64,000 nucleotides of DNA from Podarcis liolepis (Eukaryota), in NCBI GenBank assembly GCA_965112155.1, contig OZ218104.1. One strand, 5' to 3'. Below are positions 23,601 to 38,100 of this stretch, in pieces. The first letter of the stretch is position 1. Each line of letters begins with the position of its first letter. The notes below the pieces were generated by a model. The model searched no databases, was not told the DNA's origin, and saw nothing but the letters and a program-made list of their open reading frames with translations. Both the position numbers and the translations under genes were made by a program.

Positions 23601-26600
23601 TGGCCATGCGAACGGGGAAGAGAATGTCAGCAGGCTGCTGCTGCTGGGATTCTGAAAGCCATGGATAGTGGCTGTTTGAGGCTGACACATACTGCTTTGC
23701 AAAATGTTAGTAGCTTTCTAAGACTCAGTGGTATTTCAAAAAAAAATTGGAATCTCAAGAAATCTGAAAAAAACCTGACTGGGGTGAATTGTAAGGGCAG
23801 CTCCCTGGTCCTCTGCACTGACTACGCTGAGTTGGTGCCTTCCTCTCCACCTGTCTATCATGCTCTCAACTCCTCCCTCTTTCTTAGTCTTTGTGGAAGC
23901 AGGCACATTTGTGGCACCTGTTCAACTCAATGAAAAACATTTGTTTGCAGAGAGAATCTTAACTCTGATTTCCAAAACTTCCAACTACCTTGACATACCC
24001 ACAGAGCACAGCCATGGATAACACAAGAGGCCCATTTCCAACTGGGCAAGTGAAGCCAACTCTTCCACATTCAGCTGAGGGCTGCAGTAAACTACTACTT
24101 CAAGTGCAGAATGAACACTGTGGCACCAGCTGGTCTTTTCCAAAAAGTGCGGGCTGTACCCCAGAATTCAGTGACAAGCTTAGAATGGCAAAGTAATCAA
24201 ATGACAAAAGGCCTGGAGAACGACCTGCTTCTTGCTGCCCTCAGATTCTCACCGGACTATGCCCACAAGAGCCTCACGCCAGGCGCACTCAAGTCTCCTG
24301 AACAGCAAAACAGAATGATGCAACCAGAGGTGCTTCTTTCCTTATCCAGCAAAACAGCAAGAGGAAGCACAAGTGATTGTTACAAAGCTTCGCACTGGCA
24401 GCTAGGTAGAACATGTTATGAAGAAGGCCCACTAAATACCCTTAGGATCTAAGCAGAGATCGCTGCCACTTCCACTAGATGGTTGGTGTCTTATTTTCTA
24501 GAGAAGTGGTCCCCAAATTTCTTGTTTCATTTATTTTTGTTTATATATTCATATACTGCTCTTCACCCAAAGATCTCAGGGCATTTCACAGGATAAAAAA
24601 ACACTGACCCCCTGGTTCCATAAACTCATCCCCAGTGGCCCCTACCCTATGCTATGAAAAGCACTATTCAGAATAGTGGGTTGCATAACCCACTAAGGAG
24701 AATAATAACTTAATAAAATTCAAACAGGTAACAATTAATTTCATGTTTATTCAAAATCCAATTAAAACTGTTCAATTTAATTAATTCAACAAAGCTGGTG
24801 AACTTGATCCAGTGATACCAGCTTTTCAAAGTCTGATAATAATTTGCACCTCCAGCACTCTCCCGTCACCACGCCTCCTTGCCTCTTAAAGGCTCCTTTG
24901 GTAAGCTCAGTACTGCCCACTTTGCAAACCACTGACGTAGAGCATTATTCCTGCATCGGGGTATCACTGTAGAGTGAGTTGTGGCAATTGATTTCATCAC
25001 TTTGACACACCCGAGTCTTCCTCTCTGAGAAAACTCAAGGGAAGGGATGTCAAGGCAAGCCCCAGTGGCACAGCCAGAATAGCGAGGGGGAGGCATTGTG
25101 AAGCCAACGAAAATATTGGCCAATGGCTCCCAATCTTAACAATTTGGACGTGTCGAAGACAACAACAGCAGCAAACAAGAACAGCCATTCATGTTCAGGA
25201 CATGCCAACCAAAAAACAAGGGCAACCTTCACAAAAGGGCGGGTTCTTTGTGCCTCTCGCCACAGAGCAATTAAAAATGAATCGAAGTTCTAGCTACAGA
25301 AAAGTAACGCTCCGATTGCCACCAACCTTGCAAGCCAAATGGTCAACGGCCACAGAGTGGGCTGCCATGCATCCTAATGACTCTTATGTAAGCGGAGTTA
25401 TAAGAGTTTGTGTCCTACTCAAAACCAAAATGTGGAAGGAAGGAGGGAGGGGAGGACGGCTTGAAAGGTTTGCTGGCCTGACCTAGAAATGAACCTGGAC
25501 TCGCTAATCAGATGCTTCATGGGCTACTGATGCATTTGGGGTCTGCATTTGGCAGCCAAACCCCAGAATTTGTCTTGAGGGCCTTTAGGAAAGAAGCCTG
25601 TCAGGAAGATCCTGTGGCTCTTAATATTTTGAAAAAGTTGCCCTTTCACCCATGTTCTCCAATCAGCCCTGCATCTGCCAATCCATTTGAGAGACAGAGG
25701 AAAACAGAAGCACTCCCTCCTTCTCCTCACCCATCTGCCTTCCCTCCTTCCCTCCCTCCCTCCCTCCCTCCCTCCCTCCCAATAGTCAAAATGTGGTTTA
25801 TAAGCTCCCAGGAGCAATCCCTTCTCTTTTGGGCATGATGCATTACTTGGAAAAGAGCTGCAGACATGGATAAAAATAGACATAACTAATAAAAATAATT
25901 TGTTCTCAAGGTGATCCACTCTTGCAATATGAGAGTGCCACAGTTTAGAAATTATATTGACAAGCTTGAACACACGCAGAGGAGGGCGACCAAGATGATC
26001 AAGGGCCTGGGAAACCAAGTCTTATGAGGAACAGTTGAGGGAGCTGAGTATATTTAGCCTGGAGAAGAGAATACTGAGAGGTGACACGATAGCCAGCTTC
26101 TAATATCTGAAGGGCTGCCACATGGAAGATGGAGCAAGCTTGTTTTCTGCTGCTCCAGAGGGAGAGGACGTGAACCGATGGATTCAAATTACAAGAAAGG
26201 AAATTCCAACTAAATATTGGGAAGAACTTTCTGACAGTAAAGAGCTGGTGGACAGTAGAACGGACTCTCCTTCATTGAAGGTTTTTAAACATGTGGCTGG
26301 GTGGCCATCTGTCAGGGATTCTTTAGCTCTGATTCCTGCATTGCAGGGGATTGGACTGGATGGGATCCCTTCCAACTCTACTATTCTGATTCTATGAGTG
26401 GGTTTGTGGACAAGCCCATGGCAAGAGTGAGGCCTGCCGGCACAGCTGCCCTTGCATCCTCTGACCCACAATTGGAGAGATTTAAGAAGTCTTCTCTCCG
26501 CCTGACACACACAGAGGCACATCCTAATGGTGCCAAAGTCTGTAGGCTCTCGGTCTGAACAGAATCCTTTCGTTTCTCATTCAGGAATGCATCCTCAAAA

Positions 26601-29112
26601 TCTAGGGTAGCCAAAAGCAGGCCTGGCTCTGTGACACACAGGAAACCCAAGGCTTGAAACCTGTGGCTGCTGCCTCCCCTCACATGGGCTGCTGCATGCA
26701 GTTCACTTGGACTAAAAGGCATTCATGAACAACAGTTGGCCTCTCATGAGCTGCTCCTTTCCATAAAGCAAATGAGCTGGCGGCAGCCGGGGGGGGGGGA
26801 GAGAGAGAGAGACACTCTGATGAAAGAGGGCGACTGGCCAGCCTAGTTTTGCCCCAGCTGAGCAGAGCATTGTCCCAGGCAAGCCTGCAGCCCACCACAG
26901 AAGTACAGCTCACAGCTGCTTGGCCTCCATCGTATCTCCGTTTATCAAAGAGCCAGAGGCTCTGCTCTCCCCTCCCCTGACTTTGGTGAGGAAAAGCTGA
27001 ACAAACATGGAGAAAGTGGAGAGAGAAAAGTCTCTCTCCTGCTCTTCTAGACACTAGAACTCATGGACGTCCAATTTAGCTGAACGCTGAAGGATTCAGG
27101 ACAGACAAAAGAAAGTGCTTCTTCATGCACCACATAATTAAACTATGGAACTCGTTCCCACAGGAGGAAGTGGTGGCCACCAACTTGAATGGCTTTGAAA
27201 GAGAATTAGACAAATTCTTGGAGGAGAGGGCTATCAATGGCTAGTAGCCACGATGGCTCTGCCTCTGCAGTTGCGAGGCAGCAATGCTTCTGAATACCAG
27301 CTGCCGGACTTTGTAGAAGGGGAGCTCGATCTTGAGCTCGGATCCTTCTTTCAGGTTTCCCACAGGCAGCTGGATGACCACTGTGAGATCAGGATGATGG
27401 ATTAGATGGGCCATTGGCTTGATCCAGTGACCTATTTTTATGTTCACATGTTAAGTTCAAAGGAATAATAATAATATAATGATTTATTATTTATATGCCG
27501 CCCCTCTGACTGGGTTGCCCCAGCCACTCTGGGCAGTTTCCAACAAATTAAAACATCCAACACAGTAAAACAGCAAACATTAAAAGCTTCCCTAAACAGG
27601 GCTGCCTTCAGATGTCTTCTAAAAGTCAGACAGTTGTTTATTTCCTTGACATCTGACGGGAGGGTGTTCCACAGGGCAGGTGCCACTACCGACAGCCCAT
27701 AGACAGCCTGTCTCCTGACCTCACACCAATAGAAGGGTCATGAGGGAGCTGAGAGGAAGGTACCACTGGTTGCAGGAAGAGAACTAAGCCCCACCCAGCC
27801 CAGCACTTGAGGCAGGCTCCAAACCTGTACACAGGAACACACAGAAACCAGAAAGGCATTTGGAAGCACAGAGGGGGCAACTCAAGGCGGGATGTGGCCT
27901 CACCTGATGATGAAAGCTCCCCGCAACTCCAGGAGCTTCCGCTCACTGCTGAATCTCTTGAGCAAGTTGATCATGAACTTATAGAAGTAGGAGTTCATGG
28001 TGGGCGTTGAGGGAGAGCACTCCATGCCTTTGGTACCTGGAAGGAGGAGGAGAGAGGAAGTTAACTCTGTTTAAGGAAGAAGCGCCTGTAGAAGTACAGG
28101 TGGGTTTCTAAGCTCTGCTTGTCACCCGTGATCACAGCAGGCAATCCTAGCTCTGATTTGAAGTGGCAGCTTTACTCTCTCCAGCTGCATGAAGTTGCCT
28201 TATACCAAGCAGCTCCTGTTGTCCACAATGACTGGCAGCAGTTCTCCAGACTTTCAAGCATGGATCTCCCAACCCTACATGGAGATGCCATGGGGGACCT
28301 CCTGCATGCAAGGTAGATGCTCTGCCACTGAGCTACCGTGGCCCTTCCCCTGCATACATAGTGAAGGCAGACTACCATTTGTTTTAGCCTTTGTTTTACA
28401 CAGTCATAAAAGAGATCAGGAACTCTGGTGCTCCTCTGAGTCACAGGGAGAGGAAAGGTGTGGAGATGCCTCTGAACTGAAAAGGCATAAAAATGCATTT
28501 CCTATATGCAGACATTGGCACAAACCTGGCACAGCAATAGAAAACCAAAGCTGGAAGGTGACAGATAAAAGTGAAAACTTGATTATTAGGAAGTCATTCC
28601 AAAGAGCATTTAAAGTAACCCAGCTAAGCACGGCTATAGAGCAGGCTAGGATATGGAAAATGGAAATCAAAACATCGTATGGAGATGAAGCATCTCAGGA
28701 GAGATGCTCTATGAACCCACAAGACTACCTTGCACAACAGGACTCTCAATATGTCCAAGAAACAGCCTTTGCCAACTTGATGCCCTCCAGATGTTTCAGA
28801 CTACAACTTCCATCAGCCCCAGCCAGCATAGATAAACTGTGATTCAAGTCGGTCACTAGGCCATGGAGAACAGAGGCAAAAGACAACCCCAAAGCCAAAC
28901 TTCTTTTGAAGGGGAAAGGGTGTCCTCTTGCTAGAAAGAGTGGTGGTCATGGGAGACACTGGCAATAAAGATCAACCTTAATACTTGTTTAAACCTTCAA
29001 ACAAACAGCATAATGTTAAAAAGGTGCAGAATGGGCAGGCAAATATCATTCTCAAAGCCTCTCCTCAAACTTAGGGTATAACTCTTTGGATGTAGGAAAC
29101 AAAATATGCACT

Positions 29113-29198
<86 letters not shown>

Positions 29199-32100
29199 CC
29201 CCCCCAGCCCTTCTTCACGAGCACCCAGTTCCTTTGTTTTTGTAAGGTTTTGGAGAGTCTGGAGGCACTTAAGTGCCCAAGCCACTTGTTTCCTGGCTCT
29301 TACAAAGGCTTACTATCCTGTCCAAATATATGGAAAACAACAGAAAGACAAGGGGTGGGTGGGAACTGATACTCAAGGCTGAACAGGGCCTTCTTCAAAG
29401 GAAGTTATCTGCAAGGGTCAGACCTGATGGAATTGGGCAGAATGTCCAGGTCACAGGAAAAGCTTCAAGGATTGCCCCCTAACATAGGTCTCTTTTTCCC
29501 CTTATACAATCAGATGCTGATCATGCCTTTTCAAGAGGAAAAAAAGTTGCAGGTCAGACAGTTCCACGAATCGTCTGTCGATGGGGAAGTCAATGCTTGG
29601 CTCTTCAGTCAGCACTCCTGGGCTCCACACTCATGAACGACAAGTAAAGAAGATGTGCACCACTGCAGAACGGACCAGAAAAGCCACTCTGGCAGCCTCT
29701 CTCCCTGCCCGCCAGGCAGCTTGTAAAATCACAGACGTCTCATTTGGGGTCAGGAGTTGGCAAATATTGCTGCACAATGCACAACACAAGCAGGAAACAG
29801 GCTGCAGCTTCACTATTTCAATCTGCTGCTGGTTCAGTAGCAAAATTTGTTAAATTTGGATACACTGAACAAGCAGCGGTCAGTGTGAGGCATGCAGAGA
29901 GGAGACCCACTTCCTGCTATGAAGGTACATCCATAGCAAGACCTCAGCTTTGTATTCCTGCGCCCACCATCTCACAGCTCCTAATCTCTGCCCAGCCAGT
30001 TTTCAATTAATCTGCACAGTTACAACATAGAAACAGTCAGGCAGCAGAGAGGCTTCCAAGAGTCCCACCCACGCCTCCCAGATCCCTTTAACTTCCCCTG
30101 TTCCAGCTTCTGCCACCGATGGGTGGCTCGCCCACGATGGCATAGCAAGAAGATACAATTAAACCCGCCTTACTATTTATAGGAGCAGAAATACTAGAAA
30201 GGCAGGAGGAGGTGTTAGGAAAACACAGTTGAACCGATTCATTCATGCTGATACTCACAAATCAGAGGCTTCACAGATACGCAACACACCAGACTGGCTG
30301 TTAGTACACATACAGAGAAGCCTAAGCCCACAAGTGTTGTGTTGAGACACCTCAGCTGCCCACAGTGAGCACAAGGGTGAGTTGCAACTGAGTAGGGTTG
30401 TCTCAGGGGAATTGCTCAGGGAGAAGCTGCAGAGGTTTCCTGGAAAGCAACTATGATGGTGTTAACTCTCACTGCCAAGGTGAGCAGCACATGCCTTCTC
30501 TAGTCATCATCATGTTTCCGTGGCCTGCCACAGCAGACTGCACTCTAGCGGGAAGCTCAGAAAGAAGACAGCTTGAATTTCTCCTCAACTCCACCACCTG
30601 GTCAGCCATACAGCTTGATCAAGCGGGAAAATGCTACATGTGCCCAAATTCAACTTCTCTATCACACACATCATCACCTGGTATTAAACAAGTGCCTGAG
30701 CTCCCCCTTCCCTTAAGGTTTCTCTTCTCTCCCTCTACTTCCTCAGAGATGAAGATAATGGCGAGTTCTGCCCAGCAGCCCAGCAGTCTGCAGGCTTAGC
30801 CTGTGTTCATTACTTCTGCAGAAATTGTCCGGAAGCAGTTTTACCTCTCTGGCATCTGCAAACGCTGGGTGTATGGGAGGATTCTGCAAAGATTCCCTAA
30901 AAGGATAAGCAGTTCAAGGAAACTGTGTGATACGCATGGGCCTACTCAGGTAGCTCACCATCAGTCAGAAACACTAGTTGTTTTGGACTAGGGCTGGTGG
31001 GAGCAGTATTCCAAAACAAGCTGGTTGGGCAAGTCTCCTAAAGGCAATCTTCTTTCTTTAGACCAGCTCTACACCGTGTAACTGTATGATATGCTTTTGC
31101 CCAGGAAAATTCACTACAAGCCCAGCTTTATTCCTTGCAGAAAGGCAACAGAAGGACTAGACACTCTTAACTTGCTCTCCTCTCCCGCAGTTCCATACAG
31201 ATGGTCAACACCACAGAAGACTGCAATTTGGCACTGCCCTGCAGAGTCATCCCTCTTGTGGCAGGACAATTGTCTCTCAGCACTGCATTATGGTAACTTT
31301 TTGTAAAACAGAAGCAGCCCTAGCTCGACACTGTGCCCTCCACTGTCAACAGAGAAAGGTTCTGAGGAGGCCAAAAGTTCTAAATGCTAATGAGGGGCCC
31401 AGGAGATTCAGCAAGACTCCCTCCCGCTACCTTTTTTCCTCTTCCGTCACCACAACAGGAGTCTGCCAGCCCAACCATGGCAGCTTCAGTCCCCAAACTA
31501 GGTGTCATAACTGTCTGTAAAGGCCAACAGAGCATTTTGGATGTACATCAGCCCCTTTGCTATTCAAGCTCTTTTCCAAGTTCCCCCCTGAAACGTTTCA
31601 GACTATTCCCCACCCCCCAACAGAAAACTGCTCTGAGAGCCTCTACAAACCCCTTCCTCTAGTCTAAAGCATTTTGCTTCATATCTCTTGCTTGTGACTC
31701 TGGGGCAGAGCAAGATGGAAGAAATTCTGTGTCATTCACAGAGCAACTATTTTTCTGTCTCTTGGCTCTTCTGCAGGAACGGAGGGGGGTTGGAGGGGGG
31801 CCACTGGAAAGTTCCTGGAGTGCCTTGAGACCAATGATCTTCCAGCCCTCATCCCCCTCCCCCAGCTGTCCGCCAGGCAGATGGGGCTGTGAAAGGGCTT
31901 CAGAGAGCTGCAGCTCCACCAATCCTATGCTTCTAAAAGTAGGAACCACTCAGGAGGCAGAAGCTGCCTTTTGACCATCAAGCTCCTATGAGCGGGTACA
32001 AGAGCAGATCCCCACACCCCCTTCTCCATCCCCAAACATGCACTAGGATTGTTGCTGCTGCTGCTGCCGCCGCCACCAGGGAAGGCAGGCAGATTATCTT

Positions 32101-35100
32101 AAGTGAAACCTGATGTGCAGGAGAGACTTTCCAGCCGGTTAATACTACTACAGGATGTTTTGTATTTCAACTTGGTAAATATGATGTAAAGGAACATCAC
32201 ATGGGAAGATAAAAATAGAGCAGCTCAAAGAACAAAAACAGAACCGCCCCAAGACATTTGCCTCTCAATTCATCACTGAAACAGATGTTGTTAAGATGTA
32301 GGCTCCCCCTTCCCAAGTCTCAGGGAGACACAAGCCAGTCTTCATTCCTTCCCTCCCCAACTACAAGGCACCTGGGTGTGTGCCTGTCCCTCCTCCCTGT
32401 CGCCACACACCCTTGACTGCCCTGCCCATTTCCAGAGGCACATGGCAGGAGAAAGACCCCTCTCCAGAGTAAGCTCTTGTTTGACTGAAACAAGGCAGAA
32501 GGGGAAAGTGTGGAGGTCACGGAGAGGGCGGTCGTGGTGGTGAAGCACAAAGGGGAGGCATGCCTGCAATCCAGAAAGCCAATTTGGACCCAAAGGGATG
32601 GCTGCCCTGCCTAAGGCAGTCAGTTCTGCATATTGGGCACAAGACCTGGGATCTTCACAGGGATGCTTCGTACCTCTGCAGGGTTTTATAGCAAGAGAGG
32701 TGCACAGTGAAAAAGTGGGTGGGTGGAATGTACACACATTTAGAAACATCTTAGGTTTATTGGGTGAATCCACTGACAGAGCTGCTCTCCCAGGCCAGAA
32801 CACAAGGCAAAACAGTCGCCTACAAAATGTCAACACCTGATGGGGCAAACCAGCTTTTCCCCAGCCTGCTGCCCTCCGGATGTTTTTGGACTATAGCGCC
32901 CATCAGCCCCAGGCCAGGGAAGGGTTAATGCACACATCTCTCCGCATGGGAAAAATTGCTGATTAAAAGGGTTTGAAGGTCAACCTATGTGGTACACGAG
33001 ACTTCACCACAACCGGACGCTAGGAACTTCCCTCCAGAAATGAAATCTGAATGCCAGGCTGGAAATGGGTGATGCCCAAGAAAGACTCCAGGAAGGCCAT
33101 GTCTGTCTCTAAGCCCAGCATCCTCCTGTCCTCTTGCTCTGTGGGTCCCTGACTCAGGCCCTGCTCTGAGTGCCTAATCCCCAAAGCCTATTTCGCAAGC
33201 CAGCTCAGATTAGCACAAGTGGCTGGCTTTGTGACATCTGCTGCCTCCCTGACCTCTCTTCCCTGACTTCTTTCATGGGCTGGGATACACTGGGAGGAGC
33301 GTAAGTCAAGGCATTTGACACTGTAAAGATCAAAATCCTTTGCTTCACCTGCCCCCCCCCCAGCCCATCGCAAGGGGAGGGCAAAGCAACTTGCTTCTCG
33401 ATCAAGCAGTTTGAGGTGAAGAAACACTGGGGGGGGGGGCGTTGATTCCAGCCCACTACTAGGATCTCAGAGGTCCAGCCCACCTTAACATGTTCCATGA
33501 AGTGCTAGCCAAGCAATTCAAAGACAGAGGGGGCAACCCACCTCTGTGGGTGGTTTTGTGTCTGACAGAGCTACAGATTCAGAGCCAGCATTTTGGCAAG
33601 GGGATTAGCTAGCACACCAGAGCAAGTCATTTACTCACAGCAGAGCTTTCTGCTTCCCCTCTGGGGGGGCCCTCACATGACAAGGCAGCTGATCTGCTGG
33701 TTCTGAGAGCCTGCCCAAGTATTTCAAGATCACAAGCCAGGCCTTCTCCTCATTAAAACAGAAGTCACGAGTCCGGGGAAGCTAATAGTTATTATCCTGG
33801 CTCCCTGCCCCCTTTAAAATTGTTGTTTCTGTCTGGGGCAGTGGGGCACAATCCACTTACTCTTACAAATTTATCCCTCATTTGAGGTTTAGATGTTCAG
33901 CCTGTTTCTGACAAGGTTGCACTCCCCCAGAAGAACCCACTGGGTGGTGGAAAGGTGGGGTACAAGGAAATATTTGAGGATCCACATGTTCATATGAACA
34001 GAACAGGATACTTCCAGACCAAGAAAGCACTTATCATCTTTGCGAAGCCCTGTGAAAGCAAGGGCATGTACCAATGCAGTCACAGAAATATTGCCAAATA
34101 AAAGAAAGGGCAGCTTGAAAAAAGTATGGAGACTTTCCTCAAGCATGAAGACAACTCAGTACACCTCGCTGCAGCTTTCTCAAAGGGGAAATAAGGGGGA
34201 AGCAAAGCAGGGAGCAGATCTGCTCAGCAAGCAGAGCAAATACACCCCGCCAGGAAAAGCAAACAGCAGCATTTGCATAAACAGATTCTGAGGAAAGTGT
34301 GAGGATGAAATGGAACTGGCCCTCTCTTCCACCCTGGGGAGCCAATCTGGTGGTTCGCCATTTGAGCAGGCAAACATATAATGGAAACCAGCAGGGAGGG
34401 CGAGATGGGGGCTTGCAAAGGTGCCATTTAGCACAGCATGCCTAGGAGTCTACTTGGAAGAACAGTCCAGCTTCTGATCCTCCTATCTTTGCCATCCTTC
34501 CCCAGCTCTGCCTTTGCCCAGAAAGAGTCCAGGCAGCTTGCCACATCATCTTCTTGGCCCTGAAGCCCACTGTGCAACTGGAGAAACGCCTTGTTGAATG
34601 TACAGAATTTGCTGGCGGCCTCAGACTGGAATAACCCTCCCCCCAAAGGAAAAACTCTGGCACAAGCATGTTTGTCAAAAGCTGCTGGACTTTCCCCCAC
34701 ATCACCAAATTCTTCTCTTCTCTCAGAAGAAAGAACTTAAGAAGTCCCGCGCAGGATCATTCCCGCAAACCGGTCCATCTGCCTTAACGGTTATGATGGA
34801 GCCGCACCTACTTGTTTCTGGCCATGAGATGCTGAGGGGTTCGCATCTCATGACATTCGGCAAACCTCTTTGTGTTCCTAGTCTCTAGCCAGTAGACACT
34901 TCTACTGGCAATCAGCTGCAGATATTATGGTCCTGGGCACAAAAACCAGAGCCATGTCCTTAAAAGGGCTGCACAGATATGGATGTTTTAAGTAGTAAGA
35001 AAGCTGGGAGACACAGCTTCTTGGACATCTTCTTTCCAAATTATTATGTGACATAAAAGGCTTGGACTGGAATGGAGTTAAAGGGGCCACGGCAGCCTTT

Positions 35101-38100
35101 AGGATGGATGCCACAACTGCAAGGCTATTTTTAGATAATCTACAGGGGAGGGAAGAGAAAGCCATCCACTTGATCTAAAGCACAGCTCTGCAGCCGCCTA
35201 GCCAGCTCCTCCCCCCACCCGTCTCCCGCACAGACAGAGGATCAATAGCACACTCGAGGCCCTGCGCATTTGCTCCCAGCTGTGCTCAGCACAAGCCAAC
35301 AGTGGGACAAGCAGCATGAGCTCATCGTGCTTCCTAGCCAGGGCATTACAGGCTGGACCAAACGCTTCCAAGAAGCGGGCCTCCGAGATAGCAGCACCAG
35401 GGCACTGTGCAAAGGTAGAACCAGCCACAGCTTCAGGTAACCTGGAACCCTCTCATGAAGAAGTAGGGAGCCTCTAGCCAGATGGTGAACTATAAGCGAA
35501 CAACCAGGAAGGCTATGGTTGGTGTTTACCCTATTATCCCTTTCCACCGCCTGTCATGATCTGTCCCTTTGCCCTTCCTGCTCATCATCCATGCACCAGA
35601 TGGGAAATCAGTGCAGGGTGGTGGGCTGAGCATTAGACAGGGAAGAGAGACCAGGATAAGCCCCTGCTCAGGGATGAAGCTTGCTGTGTGACTCACTTCT
35701 CTTACACAGTTGCTTTGGGAGAAATGCACATGTGAGTGAGCTCCCAAGGGGACAGGGGGAGGGAGGAAATACATAGGCTATATCCACTCCATACATTTAA
35801 AGTACACTACCCCCCCCCCCGAAACCTGGGAATTGTAGTTTACCCCTCACAAAGCTACAGTTCCCAGCACCCTTAACAAACTTGTCCCTGGCACTCTTAG
35901 GGGGAAGCAATGTGCTTTAAATATATGGCATGTACATAGGCACGACGTGATAAGCCTAACAAAACCTTCCTTTCCCTCATGCCCTAACCTTGCCAAACAC
36001 ATTTTAAGCATTCTGGAACGTGAGTCAATCAAGGGAAGTAAAGGGCTGTCTGCATAGATGCTTCCTGCATGCAAAATTCACATTTCCATGGTGCTGATGA
36101 AATCTGTAATCTTCCCTGTGATTTTTTAATCTTCCCTTCTCAGTGGGGCCTTGATTAGTAGGTGAGAGGGTCTCTTCAACAGCAGGCAAGGGCTGGTTCA
36201 GTGGCCCCTCTGCCCAACAGAGGCTAAGAGGATTAGGGATGACTTGGGAGGGCATGCAATTCTCCCATAGATGTCATAAACCCAGTCCTGAGGACCTTGG
36301 CCATCTCCAAGATGTTGCACTCTGAGCATCCTTCAGCAACCTAGCAGTCAGGCCTCTGCCATACCTGTGCGATCTGGGTGGGTGATGAACTTTTATGGAT
36401 TCTTTCCAGCTCTGAACCTGAAGGAAGCACCCTGTGGGTGCCTCTCCTGGAGATCTGCACTGGACTGCTGTCTGGGATCCTTTGGCAGACTGGAAGATTT
36501 GAAGTCACGAAAGAATGAGGTTGTTTGGACTTCCACTCTTTGTCTTTTGAATGGACAAGGCTCAACAAGTTCTTAAGAGTTCGCAAAGAACTCAAGTGTG
36601 AAAATGCTGATCTTCTAACAAAAGTACGTAACTCACCCTGAAGATCAGCCTCCATATTTGAGGACTGGAAAGGGGCCAATATAATACCAGTTTTTAAAAG
36701 GCCATCTTGAAAGGATTTGAGACATTACAGGCTCATTAGCTTAACATCTGTTCCAGGAAAGCTGGTGGGAAGCATAGTTAAAGATAGAATTACCAAGCAT
36801 AGAGAAGAACAAGTCTTGCTGAAGCAGAACTAGCATGGCATTTGCTCCCACAAAAGCAGACTTGGACAGCTTTAGAAAAAAATCATGGAGGAGAGGGCTA
36901 CTAGCCATTATGGCTATGTTGCCCCTCCACTATTGGAGGCAGTATGTCTGGGAATGCCAGTTGCTGGGAATCACAGGTGGGGAGAGTGTTGCTGCTGCAC
37001 TCTGGTCCCGCATGCTGGGTTTGTTAAGGAATGTGGTCAATGGGTTAATAATTCTTCATGAGTCAGCAGAGACAACTCATTCACCACGATGCACCTGCAG
37101 GCATCTTGTTACTCTCTTATCTGTGTTACTGGGCAGATTTGGCAACAGCAACAGGGTTCCCATTATGAGAACTGTTTGGCCAGTGTAGAACAAGATGCAA
37201 GACCTTTGGCCTGATCCAGTTGCAACTTCAGGTTTCATCTGATGTTCTCACACTGCCTTTAGTCTCCACCAAGATGGTATTTGAAGAACTTGGAACCTTG
37301 GAAGGAAACACTGGCAAGGCAGGAGCGGGAACCACCCAAAATGAACTCCCAATTGGGCAACCACTTCTTTCTGTGGGCCACATTTGTTGCTACAGAATTG
37401 GCCACAGATTGAAGAGAGATAAGAAGAGTCAACTAGGTATTCTACCAATAAGGAAATCCTAAGTGAGTTGTCATTTCTTCGAAGAAACCAGCCTCCACCG
37501 GTGCCATGTTACCTACCCAAATACACATTTTGATACGTTCTTGTGTCTTTGATCTCTAAATTTATTTTCCACCTTTCCACCAAATGGTCTCCAGGTTGCT
37601 AAATGCAACAACACAAGTACAACAAGATATAATGAAACAGCAATAAAATACAGAGTGGGGAAGAACAGAAAAATAAGGCAGATAAATCAATAAAATCAAA
37701 ACCAACAGAAAAAAACCAATTTCAACATATTCTAAAGTCAGCTTATCTGTCTAAATAAAAATGTTTTTGCCAACTAGTGTGTGGTCAAAAATTGGGCAAG
37801 CTTGTCCCCCTTGGCATTGAGTCCCAGAGACTGGGAGCAGCCACCAAGAAGCCCCTGCTTGGGGTTTCTGCCAAATGTGCACCAGATGTGAGCGTATTGA
37901 AACTGCTCCTCTAAGGAGAACCATTGAAAAGGGGTGCAAAGCTCTCCAGAACGACAGCCCATGGCCAATGATAATGGAAGCCCCTGTAAAATCAGCAGAA
38001 CCAACAGGTACCCAATCCCCTGTCCAAGTTCCTTGTGTTCAAAGGCAACCAAACAAGTCACCAAGCCTTTGCTATGTCTCACATTACCATAAGAAACATT

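Noticed and set aside
28997-29382. ORFs with ER/KKER or FLSF repeats
   Set aside because: These are translations of the (TTTC)n(TC)n microsatellite.
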